From: an uncultured bacterium
Lineage (GTDB): Bacteria > Patescibacteriota > Minisyncoccia > UBA6257 > GWB1-50-10
Direction of reading: 5' to 3'
DNA: 64,000 nt
NCBI GenBank assembly: GCA_963768835.1
Contig: CAVYJB010000002.1
Span: forward strand, 136,230-200,229
Positions 9,464-19,183 of the stretch are shown here, one piece after another. Positions within the stretch are counted from its first letter, which is position 1, and the number at the start of each line of letters is the position of its first letter. The notes under the pieces are model-generated. The model searched no databases, was not told the DNA's origin, and worked only from the letters and a program-made list of their open reading frames with translations. A program made the translations under genes and the position numbers.

Positions 9464-9640
9464 TTAGTAGAAGTAGTGTCGGATGGAATGCCCTCCGAAG
9501 TCAATGCCGCGGGAAAGCTTCTTACGTTTCATCTGGGTGGTGCGCTTGTTGGACCGGGAGTGGCCGAGGGCCATCGCCCGGCGGCGTATCTTGCCGGTCT
9601 TCGTGATGCGGATGCGTTTTCGAACGCTGTTCTGTGCCAT
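9464..9640 (-). CDS. rpmI: 50S ribosomal protein L35
   Basis: Manual translation MAQNSVRKRIRITKTGKIRRRAMALGHSRSNKRTTQMKRKKL… (58 aa), sits between infC and rplT as in the conserved operon; absent from ORF track (<60 aa). Confidence 0.85.
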   Translation of the reverse strand: MAQNSVRKRIRITKTGKIRRRAMALGHSRSNKRTTQMKRKKLSRGIDFGGHSIRHYFY

Positions 9641-9643
9641 GTG

Positions 9644-10270
9644 TTATTTCTTGGTAATCTGTGTGACAAACCCTCGTCCGCCTTGCCGCGGCGGCATCGT
9701 GACGGTGAAAGGAATCTTGATCATCTTTAGGAACTCACCGAGTTTCATGAGCCCCCACTCTTTGTTTCCTTTCTCCCGTCCCCGGAGGCGGAGATCAATC
9801 TCTACCTTGTGGCCTTGCCCCAGGAACCGCTCCGCACGGTCTGCCTTGACCTGGAGGTCATTGAGAGCCGCTCGGGGGGTGATTCGAACCTGTTTTAATT
9901 CCTTTACCCGCTGGGCTAACCGCTGCTTCTTAAACTCCTTCTCTTTTTGATACCGGAACTTGTCAAAACTGATAATGCGGGCGACGGGCGGCTTAGCACC
10001 CGGGGCGACCTCGATAAGGTCCAAGCCCCGTTCCACGGCCATCCGGAGCGCTTCCTCCTTCCGCACCACGCCTAGGTTCTCCCCCTCGGGGCCGATCACG
10101 CGAAGTTCCGCGGCGGCTATTTGGTTGTTGATGCGGTACGGTTGGATAGGGGAATGATAACAGCCGACCCACGGTATGTAAAGACCTGCGTTTAAAAGAA
10201 AGAGCCTGTCCGAAATTTTCGGGCAGGCCCTTGAGGTGTTCGCCGGTGTTAATCGCCGTGCGCACATCAT
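9644..10270 (-). CDS. infC: translation initiation factor IF-3 (true start probably non-AUG near 10177)
   Basis: …RINNQIAAAELRVIGPEGENLGVV…FDKFRYQKEK… IF-3 N- and C-domains; first in-frame ATG (10270) gives atypical Cys/Trp-rich 30-aa extension; an in-frame ATA at 10175-10177 would give a canonical ~178-aa IF-3. Confidence 0.8.
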   Translation of the reverse strand: MMCARRLTPANTSRACPKISDRLFLLNAGLYIPWVGCYHSPIQPYRINNQIAAAELRVIGPEGENLGVVRKEEALRMAVERGLDLIEVAPGAKPPVARIISFDKFRYQKEKEFKKQRLAQRVKELKQVRITPRAALNDLQVKADRAERFLGQGHKVEIDLRLRGREKGNKEWGLMKLGEFLKMIKIPFTVTMPPRQGGRGFVTQITKK

Positions 10271-10276
10271 TCCTTT

Positions 10277-12103
10277 CTAATAGATTATATTTCCGTTTTT
10301 ATCCACAACGACAACAACTACCGTCCAAGCTGCCCGCACGACTCCGCTGCGGTACGCCCGCGCTGTAAGCACCGTGGTCCGCGCGAAAAGGTCCGAGATG
10401 CCAGACGACTGTCCTTGAAGCGAAACGTCCGTCTCCGCACCGTTCTTCGAAGGCAATCCCTCGATTGTCACGCGGTCGGCGTTCCGCGATCCCCACGTGA
10501 GGTCGCTGGACCACAGAATACTTCGCACGCCCATCGCTTGATTCCCACCACCCGAGCCCTCGTAGACCACCGGGTTCGGATCGGCTTTAAGCCAAACCGA
10601 AACGGTAAGCGTATCGATGACCGGAGGCGGTGTCACGGGCGGACGGACATAAACGAATCTAGAATCCGTTGCCTGTGGCATAGCGGGGAATCCGTTCACG
10701 CGGTACAGGACTTCGTTTTGACCCACCGTGAAGAGCCGCATCGAGACCGGTCCTTGAAGAACCGAAGGTCCGAAGTAACTCAGGTCCGCCGATGTTCCGA
10801 CGCCTGACACGTCCACCTCGAAGAGCTCACCCCAATTCACCGTATCCGGAGCGCTCAAGATATGAGCCTCGGTGTTCGGGAATGGAGCGCTTTCTGTGAT
10901 GAAGTACCAGACGGGAGACCAATCTCCAAATCCTGCCTGGTTCTTGCCCCGAGCCCGCCAGTAATATACGGTGCCATTCTTAAGAATAGCGCCGTTCTGG
11001 AGGGTTGATGCCACCGAAAGTGTAGTTCCTCCTACGCTGTCCCGTTCGAACACAATAGCCGAGAAATCGGCTTTCGTGCTGACCTGGATCATCGAGGAAA
11101 TGGCGTTCGGAGTGAAGTTCCAGGCTAATGTTGGCGCGAGAGGCATACTAGGCGCGCCATTCGCGGGATAGATAAGCGTGTAAGCCGCTGGTGGTTGCTG
11201 TGTAATTGCTGGTGCCGTCGTAAAGGTCCATTGTTCGGACCATGGGCCCGTAACGCCGGAACTCGTAACACCCTGCACCCGCCATGACCACTGCTTATCA
11301 TATCCTGCCGTAAACTGGAACGTATTAGTCGTGATGCCGAAGACCTGAGGACTAGCTAGACCCGTTTTGGCATCCAAGATCTGCAGGTTATAGGTCGCCG
11401 AGTTCGGTTCCAAATCCCAAAGAAGATTAACGCTTATACCGAGGCCGTTCATACCATTTGTCGGGGCTCGGAGCACTAGTGCGCCGGGCGCCGGTTTGGA
11501 TCCTCGGACGTAGAATGTGATCTGGCGCACGATAGGTATCGTCGGAGCTCCATATCCTGTCACAACGACGGTCTCGGTATTCGGACCGATTGTTACCGCG
11601 AAGGTACTGTTTGGAGCCACTGTCCCTATTTTATTACAGACCACGAGCGTCGCGTTGGTGCTGTCAGTGATGTAGACCGAACCAGGATTCACGGTGTCTC
11701 CGTGGATGTCCTGGTCGCTCGTAAGTTTCATTGCTAGCGGTGTCGGTGGTCCTAGCGGAGCATTCTGTAGATACACAGTCACGGGCGGCGTCGGAAATCC
11801 CGCTTGCACCCTTGCCTCTGCATAAGAAGGGAGATATCCCATCGAATCCACTCGACAGATATAAGTTCCCTCGGTTTGCGGGGCGTAAACCGCCGGAGTC
11901 GTTCCCCGGAACACGGTGATACCAGCCACTGTAAGGAGCGTTGCATTTGCTCCCAGTGGATTTGAAATTACGAAGATCGTATCAAGCGTTGCCTGCTGTT
12001 CGGGTGGCGCAGTCGGCGAGAGGGGCAAGTCCTTCTTGGACATGCACCCCGCGAGAAACGCCAGGATCGCCAGGAAGGCGAACAACCATTTGCTTTTCAT
12101 CAC
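10277..12103 (-). CDS. surface lipoprotein with fibronectin-III-like repeats
   Basis: Signal peptide + lipobox LAFLAGC; repeated …W.WRV.GVTSSGV.GPWSE.WTFTT / …YYWRARGKN.AGFGDWSPVWYF.T FN3-like modules. Confidence 0.6.
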   Translation of the reverse strand: MMKSKWLFAFLAILAFLAGCMSKKDLPLSPTAPPEQQATLDTIFVISNPLGANATLLTVAGITVFRGTTPAVYAPQTEGTYICRVDSMGYLPSYAEARVQAGFPTPPVTVYLQNAPLGPPTPLAMKLTSDQDIHGDTVNPGSVYITDSTNATLVVCNKIGTVAPNSTFAVTIGPNTETVVVTGYGAPTIPIVRQITFYVRGSKPAPGALVLRAPTNGMNGLGISVNLLWDLEPNSATYNLQILDAKTGLASPQVFGITTNTFQFTAGYDKQWSWRVQGVTSSGVTGPWSEQWTFTTAPAITQQPPAAYTLIYPANGAPSMPLAPTLAWNFTPNAISSMIQVSTKADFSAIVFERDSVGGTTLSVASTLQNGAILKNGTVYYWRARGKNQAGFGDWSPVWYFITESAPFPNTEAHILSAPDTVNWGELFEVDVSGVGTSADLSYFGPSVLQGPVSMRLFTVGQNEVLYRVNGFPAMPQATDSRFVYVRPPVTPPPVIDTLTVSVWLKADPNPVVYEGSGGGNQAMGVRSILWSSDLTWGSRNADRVTIEGLPSKNGAETDVSLQGQSSGISDLFARTTVLTARAYRSGVVRAAWTVVVVVVDKNGNIIY

Positions 12104-12137
12104 TTACCATCCTTTCGTAGTTGGTATAAGGGTTAGC

Positions 12138-13118
12138 TCACTTCAATAATCGGTAGGAGAAACTAATCCCTCCAGCAAATCCGAGCTTTAACGGGTTGCT
12201 TGCGCTTCCCAGCTGGGTGTAGGTAGAGGGTTGAATCCCCAAGTTTCCAGTCAGAAGCAGGTTGTCCCCAATCCCAATACGGGCTGTGGGGCCGACAGTA
12301 AGACCTGGTGTGTCGCGAAGAAACTTGAATTCGTCCGCAATCGCCTCGTAAGCAATGGAGAATTTACCTTGGATACCCCACCAACTGGAGGTGGGATAAA
12401 TCTCAAGGCCGACGGAGAAGATTGCGTCCGCGAGACGCCCGTACGTGGGATCCTTCTGCTTGGGTCTCCAATGGCCGGCCAAGAGAATAAAAACCGGTTC
12501 TTTTCCGATGGAGAGCGAAAGCCCTGGAGCCCAGTAGTACATTTCAGGCGTCGAGACGCCTGCGATGCTAGCACCTAAGGAGATATTGAGATTTGAGGAG
12601 GATTTCCAAGAACTCGCAGCAACGTCCCTAATAGAACCCTTGGAGGTATCACCCAGAACCGTTGTGTAGTAGTTATTGATGGTCGAGGAGGGTATCTGTT
12701 GCGTCCGATGAACGCGCACCACCCTCAAGCCCCGTTCCCGTTTATGCTTCACAACTTCTCCCCGTGTTTCGCCGCGGCCAGCGCGAGCCTTGCCCGCATC
12801 GGCACGTTCGGCGGCGAAATCCCGGTTTAAGGGTCGCTGAAGCGCTTTCTCGAACTTGGAACCGGTCGAAAACTTTCGATAGACCGGCGTTGCCGAGTCA
12901 GCGGTTCCGATGAAAAGAAGCGTGTAGGAACTATCAGGTGTGGATGCAATAAATACATCCACAGCCTTCCAGCCACCCACAGGTTCAAGCGACTTCGGAT
13001 TGTTATACCGATAGGGTTGGAACCGTACGAAGAGCGTGTCCCCGGCCTCCGCGTCTTGCGGCAGGAGGAACGCGAGAACAACCAATACGACTATGGCACA
13101 GACTGCTTTCATGGCCAA
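12138..13118 (-). CDS. secreted hypothetical protein (signal peptide; beta-rich, OMP-like C-terminus)
   Basis: N-terminal signal peptide MAMKAVCAIVVLVVLAFLLPQDAEA; no recognizable catalytic motif. Confidence 0.45.
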   Translation of the reverse strand: MAMKAVCAIVVLVVLAFLLPQDAEAGDTLFVRFQPYRYNNPKSLEPVGGWKAVDVFIASTPDSSYTLLFIGTADSATPVYRKFSTGSKFEKALQRPLNRDFAAERADAGKARAGRGETRGEVVKHKRERGLRVVRVHRTQQIPSSTINNYYTTVLGDTSKGSIRDVAASSWKSSSNLNISLGASIAGVSTPEMYYWAPGLSLSIGKEPVFILLAGHWRPKQKDPTYGRLADAIFSVGLEIYPTSSWWGIQGKFSIAYEAIADEFKFLRDTPGLTVGPTARIGIGDNLLLTGNLGIQPSTYTQLGSASNPLKLGFAGGISFSYRLLK

Positions 13119-13309
13119 CTCCTTCTTTAAGGTTAGTGGTAGTTGTTTGTTGTCTCATATTCAGTTTTCAATGGACACTTTTGTATATACGTTCAAATCT
13201 CCGAATCGAGATTTTGGACGTCTACAATTGCGACCATATATTAGTTGAAATATGTATTTCTGTCAAGTACCAACGATGATAATCGTAGGTTAAGGAATAA
13301 TCTCACTGC

Positions 13310-15067
13310 TCATTCTGCGGGCAGCTCGTCACTCGCAATCTGTTGTCGCCAGAGGGCAGCATAGAGCCCTTTTTGTTCAAGGAGTTCGCGGTGCTTACCA
13401 ATCTCGGCGATTTTCCCATGTTCGAGGACCACAATGGAGTCCGAATGGACGACCGTGGAGAGACGGTGCGCGACGAGAACGGTGATAAGACCGGGGCGTC
13501 CATTCCGAATGTCGCGAATGGTTTTCGTGATCTCCTCCTCGGTCAAGGAATCTAGACTTGAGGTTGCCTCATCAAAAATAATGAGGTCGGGGTCGCGGAG
13601 GAGCGCTCGGGCAATGGCGAGGCGTTGTTTTTCACCACCGGAGAGTTTTAGCCCACCTTCCCCGATACGGGTTTCAAGTCCTTCGCCACCCCGCGAGAGT
13701 ACTTTCTCGGCTGCGGCTGCGCGCATGGCCTCGCGACACTCGTCGTCCGAAGCTCCTGGATGTGCGAAGAGGAGATTCTCGCGGATAGTACCTGCAAAAA
13801 GTTGTGTATCCTGAGATACAAGACCGATGCGGGCGCGAAGCGCCTCTAAATCAAGCCGAGTAAGCGATACACCATTCATTCGCACCTCGCCTGTGGTTGG
13901 GGGGTAAAGACCAACAAGAAGCTTCACGAGCGTGGTCTTGCCTGAACCCGAGGGCCCCACAAATGCGACAGTTTCTCCAGCTCTGATATGGAGGGAAATA
14001 TCTTTTACTGCGGGCGTCTGCGAGGTTGCGTAGCGGAAGGAAACATTCTCAAAGGTCACTTCCGCGAGTCGGCCGACCGTCTCCGGATGTTCCGGTTTCT
14101 TCTCCACGGGCGTCTGGAGGATCTCATCCAACCGGCCAAGGCTCGCCCGCGCTTCCTGGTAGTTCTGTGCCACGGTGCCCAAGTCCCCGAGTGGTTGGAA
14201 AATAGCGAAGGAGTAGAAGAAAAGACTGAAGAGGTGCCCAAGCGACATCAGATTACTGAAAACGAGCCAAAGCATAAGGAGGAGCAATCCGGAGCGTAGC
14301 GCATTAATAAGCGTTCCTTGGATGAAGGAAAGCTTCCGAACGAGCTTCACTTTCGTGAGTTCGAGTGTGAGAATAGCGTCGTTTGTGGTGTTCAGTCTTT
14401 TAATTTCCTGTCCTTCGAGCCCCAGACTCTTCACAAGCTCGACGTTTCGTAAGGTTTCCGTGGTCGAGCCTGCGAGTGCGGCGGTTTCTTTGTTGATGCG
14501 CTGCTGTGCCGTCTTTATCTTCCGACTTATGAAGAAGGTGGCAGAACCCAGGGTCGGGAGGATGAGAAGATAAGTAAGGCCGACCGTCCAATGGACCGTG
14601 AAGGCATAGATAACGACGAAAAGAATACCAACCATGGAGAGGAAGACGGTATTCACGCCGCTCTGGATGAGGGTCTGGGCATCCAATCGAGCTTTCTGGA
14701 GCTTCTGAAGGAATTCGCCCGAACGCTGGTCCTCAAAAACCGCGTACGGGAGAGAAAAGGAGTGCTCTACGCTGTGGGCATACATTGCGGTGCCCACTCG
14801 TTGCATGATGACGTTTACGTGGTAATCTTGGAAGTTTTTTGCGACTCGCGAGATAAAAGCGACGCTTACGGAGGCAAGAAGGAGGACGCCGACGCCGCTC
14901 AGAAACTGCTGCGGGGTGAGAGAACCAATCTTCGTGGCATAGTTGTCCACAATGCGCTGGAAGATTTGCGGGTCAAGGAGGGAGAAAACCTGGTTTATGG
15001 TTGCAAGGACGAGCGCAAGGACCAGTGTCTTTCGATATTGATTGATATAATTCCAAAGGAGTTTCAT
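13310..15067 (-). CDS. ABC transporter, fused permease/ATP-binding (type I exporter, MsbA-like)
   Basis: 6-TM N-domain; Walker A GPSGSGKTT, signature LSGGEKQRLAIARAL, Walker B IIFDEATSSLD. Confidence 0.85.
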   Translation of the reverse strand: MKLLWNYINQYRKTLVLALVLATINQVFSLLDPQIFQRIVDNYATKIGSLTPQQFLSGVGVLLLASVSVAFISRVAKNFQDYHVNVIMQRVGTAMYAHSVEHSFSLPYAVFEDQRSGEFLQKLQKARLDAQTLIQSGVNTVFLSMVGILFVVIYAFTVHWTVGLTYLLILPTLGSATFFISRKIKTAQQRINKETAALAGSTTETLRNVELVKSLGLEGQEIKRLNTTNDAILTLELTKVKLVRKLSFIQGTLINALRSGLLLLMLWLVFSNLMSLGHLFSLFFYSFAIFQPLGDLGTVAQNYQEARASLGRLDEILQTPVEKKPEHPETVGRLAEVTFENVSFRYATSQTPAVKDISLHIRAGETVAFVGPSGSGKTTLVKLLVGLYPPTTGEVRMNGVSLTRLDLEALRARIGLVSQDTQLFAGTIRENLLFAHPGASDDECREAMRAAAAEKVLSRGGEGLETRIGEGGLKLSGGEKQRLAIARALLRDPDLIIFDEATSSLDSLTEEEITKTIRDIRNGRPGLITVLVAHRLSTVVHSDSIVVLEHGKIAEIGKHRELLEQKGLYAALWRQQIASDELPAE

Positions 15068-15124
15068 GGCGTAATGATGCGGATTATACCATGAGGTGAG
15101 GAATTTCCCTATGATGCCGCCCCC

Positions 15125-15640
15125 ATGGGAGTATGCTACACTCTTCCAATGACCAACAAAGAGTTTTTCCTAAAGACGTTCGGTTCGGAGAAGAAGGTGT
15201 TCAGTCGAGTGTTCGCGGCGGTCCCTGCGGATCACCAGGATTACAAGCCCGACCCCAAGTCGAAGACAGCAGTGGAGCTCGCAGCGACCATCGCCAGTGA
15301 ACTGATGGGGCTGTCCCAGGTGATAAAAGCGGGGACACTCGATTTCTCGAAGGGGATGCCGCCGATGCCTAAAGCGATGCCTGAGATCGTTAAGATACTT
15401 GACCAAGGCGTGTCAGCGCTCGAAGCAACGGTTGCGGCCGCGTCAGACGTCGAGTGGGAGACGAAGACGCTCACTATGATTTACCCGCAAGGAAAATGGG
15501 AGTCGAAGATGATGGATATGTGTTGGGGACTCCTTTTTGACGTAGTCCACCACCGCGGACAGCTATCGACCTACCTCCGCGCGATGGGCGGCAAGGTCCC
15601 CTCGATTTACGGTCCGTCCGCCGACTCAACGGGGATGTAG
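15125..15640 (+). CDS. DinB/YfiT-like (DinB_2 superfamily) protein
   Basis: …VVHHRGQLSTYLR… motif; alternative start ATG 15149. Confidence 0.5.
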   Translation: MGVCYTLPMTNKEFFLKTFGSEKKVFSRVFAAVPADHQDYKPDPKSKTAVELAATIASELMGLSQVIKAGTLDFSKGMPPMPKAMPEIVKILDQGVSALEATVAAASDVEWETKTLTMIYPQGKWESKMMDMCWGLLFDVVHHRGQLSTYLRAMGGKVPSIYGPSADSTGM

Positions 15641-15766
15641 GACGGGACGTTCTACCTATTTCTAATTATACGCAAACCCCGCCGGTGAGGCGGGGTTCAG
15701 CTTGCGTTCAGTGAAGGTAATACAGTAGGTTGTCTCTAGAAAACAACCTACCGTTTTACTCAACTG

Positions 15767-16084
15767 CTATTGGCGATTACATGGTGGGTCATACTTATCC
15801 CGCAGTTCCTTCTCAATCGCCCTTCGATTGTCGGCTGTGTACCGGTCAGACGGTGTCGAGAGAACAGCAACATACAGTGAGCCGTTACAGCTCCTTTTCC
15901 AGCAGGCCGCTCGCTCGTGGTTTGAAAGGCGAGTTCCTAGCTGGCCGGTCTCTCCGATATACACAGCTTCATAATTCGCGTCACTGTGACGGCAGAGAAT
16001 TACATAAACAGCGGCGTGATTGATGAAATCCGTTCCGCTCAGCAACCACGGGCCCTCGAAGCCGTACTTTCCAATTGTTATCAT
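15767..16084 (-). CDS. stand-alone GIY-YIG nuclease domain protein (105 aa)
   Basis: AVYVIL…(11 aa)…VYIGETGQLGTRLSNH …AIEKELRDKYDPPCN matches GIY…YIG…R..H…E…N spacing of GIY-YIG catalytic domain. Confidence 0.5.
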   Translation of the reverse strand: MITIGKYGFEGPWLLSGTDFINHAAVYVILCRHSDANYEAVYIGETGQLGTRLSNHERAACWKRSCNGSLYVAVLSTPSDRYTADNRRAIEKELRDKYDPPCNRQ

Positions 16085-16235
16085 TGGCGTCTTGCTCCGT
16101 CGACCCGTTGGGGTATAGTTATATACGACCCAACGGGTTGTGGATTAATCGGTGCGACTTTTTGAAGGGTTTTCACCGACTCCACGTTTCTTGTCCAACA
16201 GTCAGGGCCCCAAGCCCTGGCTGTTTGATATTGAG

Positions 16236-16985
16236 TTAACCACCGATTTCATTTTCAGATTCGTTGTCCCTCGTTACGGGTAGGCACTCTCTTTCGAATT
16301 CATTAATGGCATCCTTCACTCTCTTTAGCTTCCCCTCCAACATTCCATCAATCGCTGTTTGAGCATTGGGGATCTTGAGCTCTACACCGCCAGGGAAACG
16401 AATTGTAGTGAAACCCTCATCTTTCTCACGCAACTCCTTTAGATTGGATTTATTTGTTCGGGAAGCACTACTCGCGTTTGCGCTGTTTTTACCTATTCGA
16501 GTATTATTCGCAGCTCGTTTCCTGGGCTGGAGAGATCCTTCTTTAAGTCCCGCCTGCTCACACAGCCACAAAAATGCAGGAACGGCGGCTCCAACTACCC
16601 GGGGAGTGAGGTTGTAACGAAAGGTAAATTCATTCTTTAGCTCGGCCATCTCAAGTTTATGTGGCTCCGCGACCGCGCTGAACAACGAGGAATAAGCATT
16701 TCTTACCATTGCCTCTATTTCCTTTTTCCTCGCGTCGCCCTGAAGGTGAAACTTCTTCGCAAGTGGGGTTGCCTTTCCGGTCGCATCTACGATTCCGAGG
16801 AAACGCAAGGCGCCCATCGCTAGATAAGAATCGCTGTAACCGAACCCCTGTGCCTTAAGATACCCACCGGTAATCTCCGTGAGGCTACGGGTCGAGAGAA
16901 GTCCTAGCAGCTTTTCCAGGCCTGGGAGGGCAAGGTATGGGGGAGTGCCGGTCTGATTTCCAGCCTCCGTTGTGATGTCTGACAT
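16236..16985 (-). CDS. hypothetical protein
   Basis: 249-aa ORF in low-GC block next to tmRNA; no motif recognized. Confidence 0.4.
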   Translation of the reverse strand: MSDITTEAGNQTGTPPYLALPGLEKLLGLLSTRSLTEITGGYLKAQGFGYSDSYLAMGALRFLGIVDATGKATPLAKKFHLQGDARKKEIEAMVRNAYSSLFSAVAEPHKLEMAELKNEFTFRYNLTPRVVGAAVPAFLWLCEQAGLKEGSLQPRKRAANNTRIGKNSANASSASRTNKSNLKELREKDEGFTTIRFPGGVELKIPNAQTAIDGMLEGKLKRVKDAINEFERECLPVTRDNESENEIGG

Positions 16986-17449
16986 ACTTCTGCGTTTGTT
17001 TAGTATCCGGCCGACCTTGAGTGAAACCCAACACCGGAAGTTCTATTTTAGCAGAGCGCCCATAGAAGTCAAGCCCCAGAATACCATGACTGAATTATCC
17101 TTTAAATACATATATAATATATGTATCATGAATCTAGAGTGTTCTGGGAGATATGTTACGTTTTTTTGAATCATAGTCATGACCATCTCATCTTCAAGGA
17201 AAGATTGACCATTTACCATCCCATTTTCCAGTTCTCCTCTGGTCGCCAACCCTAGCCATAAATAAAACGCCCCGTCATAAAGATGCGATGTTCTACTCTT
17301 GTGGAAACCAGTGGTCCACGTTGGACTTTGGGGAGTACCTGCGGCAGCTGCCGGGGTTGATGAATAAGGAGGTGATTGTCTTCTGGTGAAATAAAGAAGC
17401 CGCCACGTACTGTGACGGCCCCGAATAAGACAACAAGACTCTCTCACGC

Positions 17450-18079
17450 TTATGAACCTCTCAAGCGGTCCAGCTGCTTGAACAGCGGTACCACCTCCAC
17501 CACACGGTTTTCACCAGTATAGTCTGTGAAATTTTGATACACCGTGAATCCCGCCCTCTTGCATATTCCGTGAAATTTCCAGAAGTCCTTTTTTGCAAGG
17601 CCAAGCTGATGCCGAGCGAGACCGACATCTTCCTGGAGTGATCTGTATCGCTCAGCCTTCTCACCCGGTTCAAGCGAGGCACTGCCTTTTGTGAGCTTCT
17701 CAATTGCGGTGCAGGCCTTACGCTCACGCATGTCCGCGGACGCAAATCCACGAGCGAGAACCGTGAGCCGCTTATTCACATCCGGCTGTAACAGCTGGAT
17801 CAGGGAGGAATCCCCTCTGATTTCGCTGAGAGTGATTTTGTTTGTTACAACACACCCCCACTCTTCCTCGTCCTCGGACATTCGTTTCCGGTGAGCGGCG
17901 AGGTCTATGGTATGTGCTGCGCTTGCAATAAATAAGAGGCAAACAAAAAAACTTACGCCGACGAACACCGACCCCATCATGGGACTAATGAACATCACAG
18001 CAATCGCAATCACTGTAGCAATTGCGAGGATAAGGCATGTGATGAAATGCCCCCGTGCATATTTCCATGCGGTTTTCAT
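17450..18079 (-). CDS. membrane-anchored hypothetical protein (2 N-terminal TM)
   Basis: Two N-terminal TM helices then soluble domain; low-GC block. Confidence 0.45.
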   Translation of the reverse strand: MKTAWKYARGHFITCLILAIATVIAIAVMFISPMMGSVFVGVSFFVCLLFIASAAHTIDLAAHRKRMSEDEEEWGCVVTNKITLSEIRGDSSLIQLLQPDVNKRLTVLARGFASADMRERKACTAIEKLTKGSASLEPGEKAERYRSLQEDVGLARHQLGLAKKDFWKFHGICKRAGFTVYQNFTDYTGENRVVEVVPLFKQLDRLRGS

Positions 18080-18364
18080 CGAACCTCTCCTTTCGTGCCG
18101 TTCTGCGGCACATTAGGCGAGCTGTTCTTCAGCTCGAGGTTTGCCATACGACGCAGATTGGTGCTGTTCATAGCAGCCCGTTTTCTCGCGCCCATTCCCT
18201 GATTTTCAAGGAACACTTATATTATATTCTATTTTGTTATAAAAGTCAATAGCGATTGGTTTCGGTTCAACTCCACCCGCCTATTAGGAATTTTGACTCC
18301 GAAAAAGGGAAAACAACGCTCAAAAAGCGTTGATTTTCCTAGCGTCCCAACATGCATAGAACTG

Positions 18365-18673
18365 TGGAGATGGCCGGAGTTGAACCGGCGTCCAAAGCGC
18401 TGCCCATGAACCTTCTACATGCTTAGATCTCTTGCGAGAACGAATTTTGGTTCTATTTTTAGTTCAAGCGTCCGAACCAACTCCGCTTAAACGATCCTAC
18501 GATATGACACCAGGCATCCTCTAGTAGGCACCGAGGGCTGATGCTACGCTACGCGTATGCGAGCGCAGGAACTGCAGTTTTGTTGGCAGTTATCGGTTGT
18601 GACCGGATTTACGAGACGATCAGCTCGGCGTGCCAACCCATTGGCGGGCGCTCTGTCGAAGCCCAACATCCCC
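18365..18673 (-). ncRNA. ssrA: tmRNA (ssrA)
   Basis: Minus strand 5' GGGGATGTTGGGCTTCGACAGAGC… and 3' …GGACGCCGGTTCAACTCCGGCCATCTCCA form tRNA-like acceptor/T-arm; internal frame GCC AAC AAA ACT GCA GTT CCT GCG CTC GCA TAC GCG TAG (tag ANKTAVPALAYA, inferred); directly downstream of smpB. Confidence 0.8.
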
Positions 18674-18692
18674 ATGTGTAGTTGACAAGAAA

Positions 18693-19133
18693 CTATAAAC
18701 TGCTGGCTCTCCGGATTTCGCGCTCAGTCTCGCGTTTCTTAATAACTTCCCGCTTGTCGCTTTTTTTCCTCCCCTTCCCGAGTCCGAGCTCTAACTTCAC
18801 GAATCCGCGGTGAGTATACGCCTTGAGAGGTACGAGCGTCAAACCAGACTGGATCTTGCCTATAAGATAAGAGATCTCAGTCCTTTTTAGGAGAAGCTTT
18901 CGCGTCCGAGTTGCATCATAGTCGGACGGTATATTTTTGGGCTGGAATGATTGAATATTCGCCCCAATGAGGTAGAGTTCGCCCCCCCGGATAATGACAT
19001 GGCTCCCCGCGATATCGAGCCGGCCCATCTTTGCCGACCTCGTCTCATGGCCGGTAAGCACAAGACCGGCATCGTATTTCTCTACGACATCGTAGTCAAA
19101 TGTGGCACGCCTATTAAGCGAAAGTTCTGTCAC
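18693..19133 (-). CDS. smpB: SsrA-binding protein SmpB
   Basis: …LVLTGHETRSAKMGRLDIAGSHVIIRGGELYLIGANI… canonical SmpB; adjacent to tmRNA. Confidence 0.9.
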   Translation of the reverse strand: MTELSLNRRATFDYDVVEKYDAGLVLTGHETRSAKMGRLDIAGSHVIIRGGELYLIGANIQSFQPKNIPSDYDATRTRKLLLKRTEISYLIGKIQSGLTLVPLKAYTHRGFVKLELGLGKGRKKSDKREVIKKRETEREIRRASSL

Positions 19134-19183
19134 AGGTGATTTCAGGTTAGCATATTTGCCATGCTTCTGCTTTAATAAACTCG

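Noticed and set aside
17043-17447. 134-aa minus-strand ORF in the AT-rich spacer of the ssrA-adjacent block
   Set aside because: It has odd composition and no RBS, and it spans a region with a long AT palindrome. It is more likely non-coding.
18262-18292. GGTTTCGGTTCAACTCCACCCGCC on the plus strand resembling the tmRNA T-arm (possible att duplicate)
   Set aside because: It is in the opposite orientation to ssrA, so it cannot be a direct-repeat att site, and it does not fold as a tRNA T-arm.
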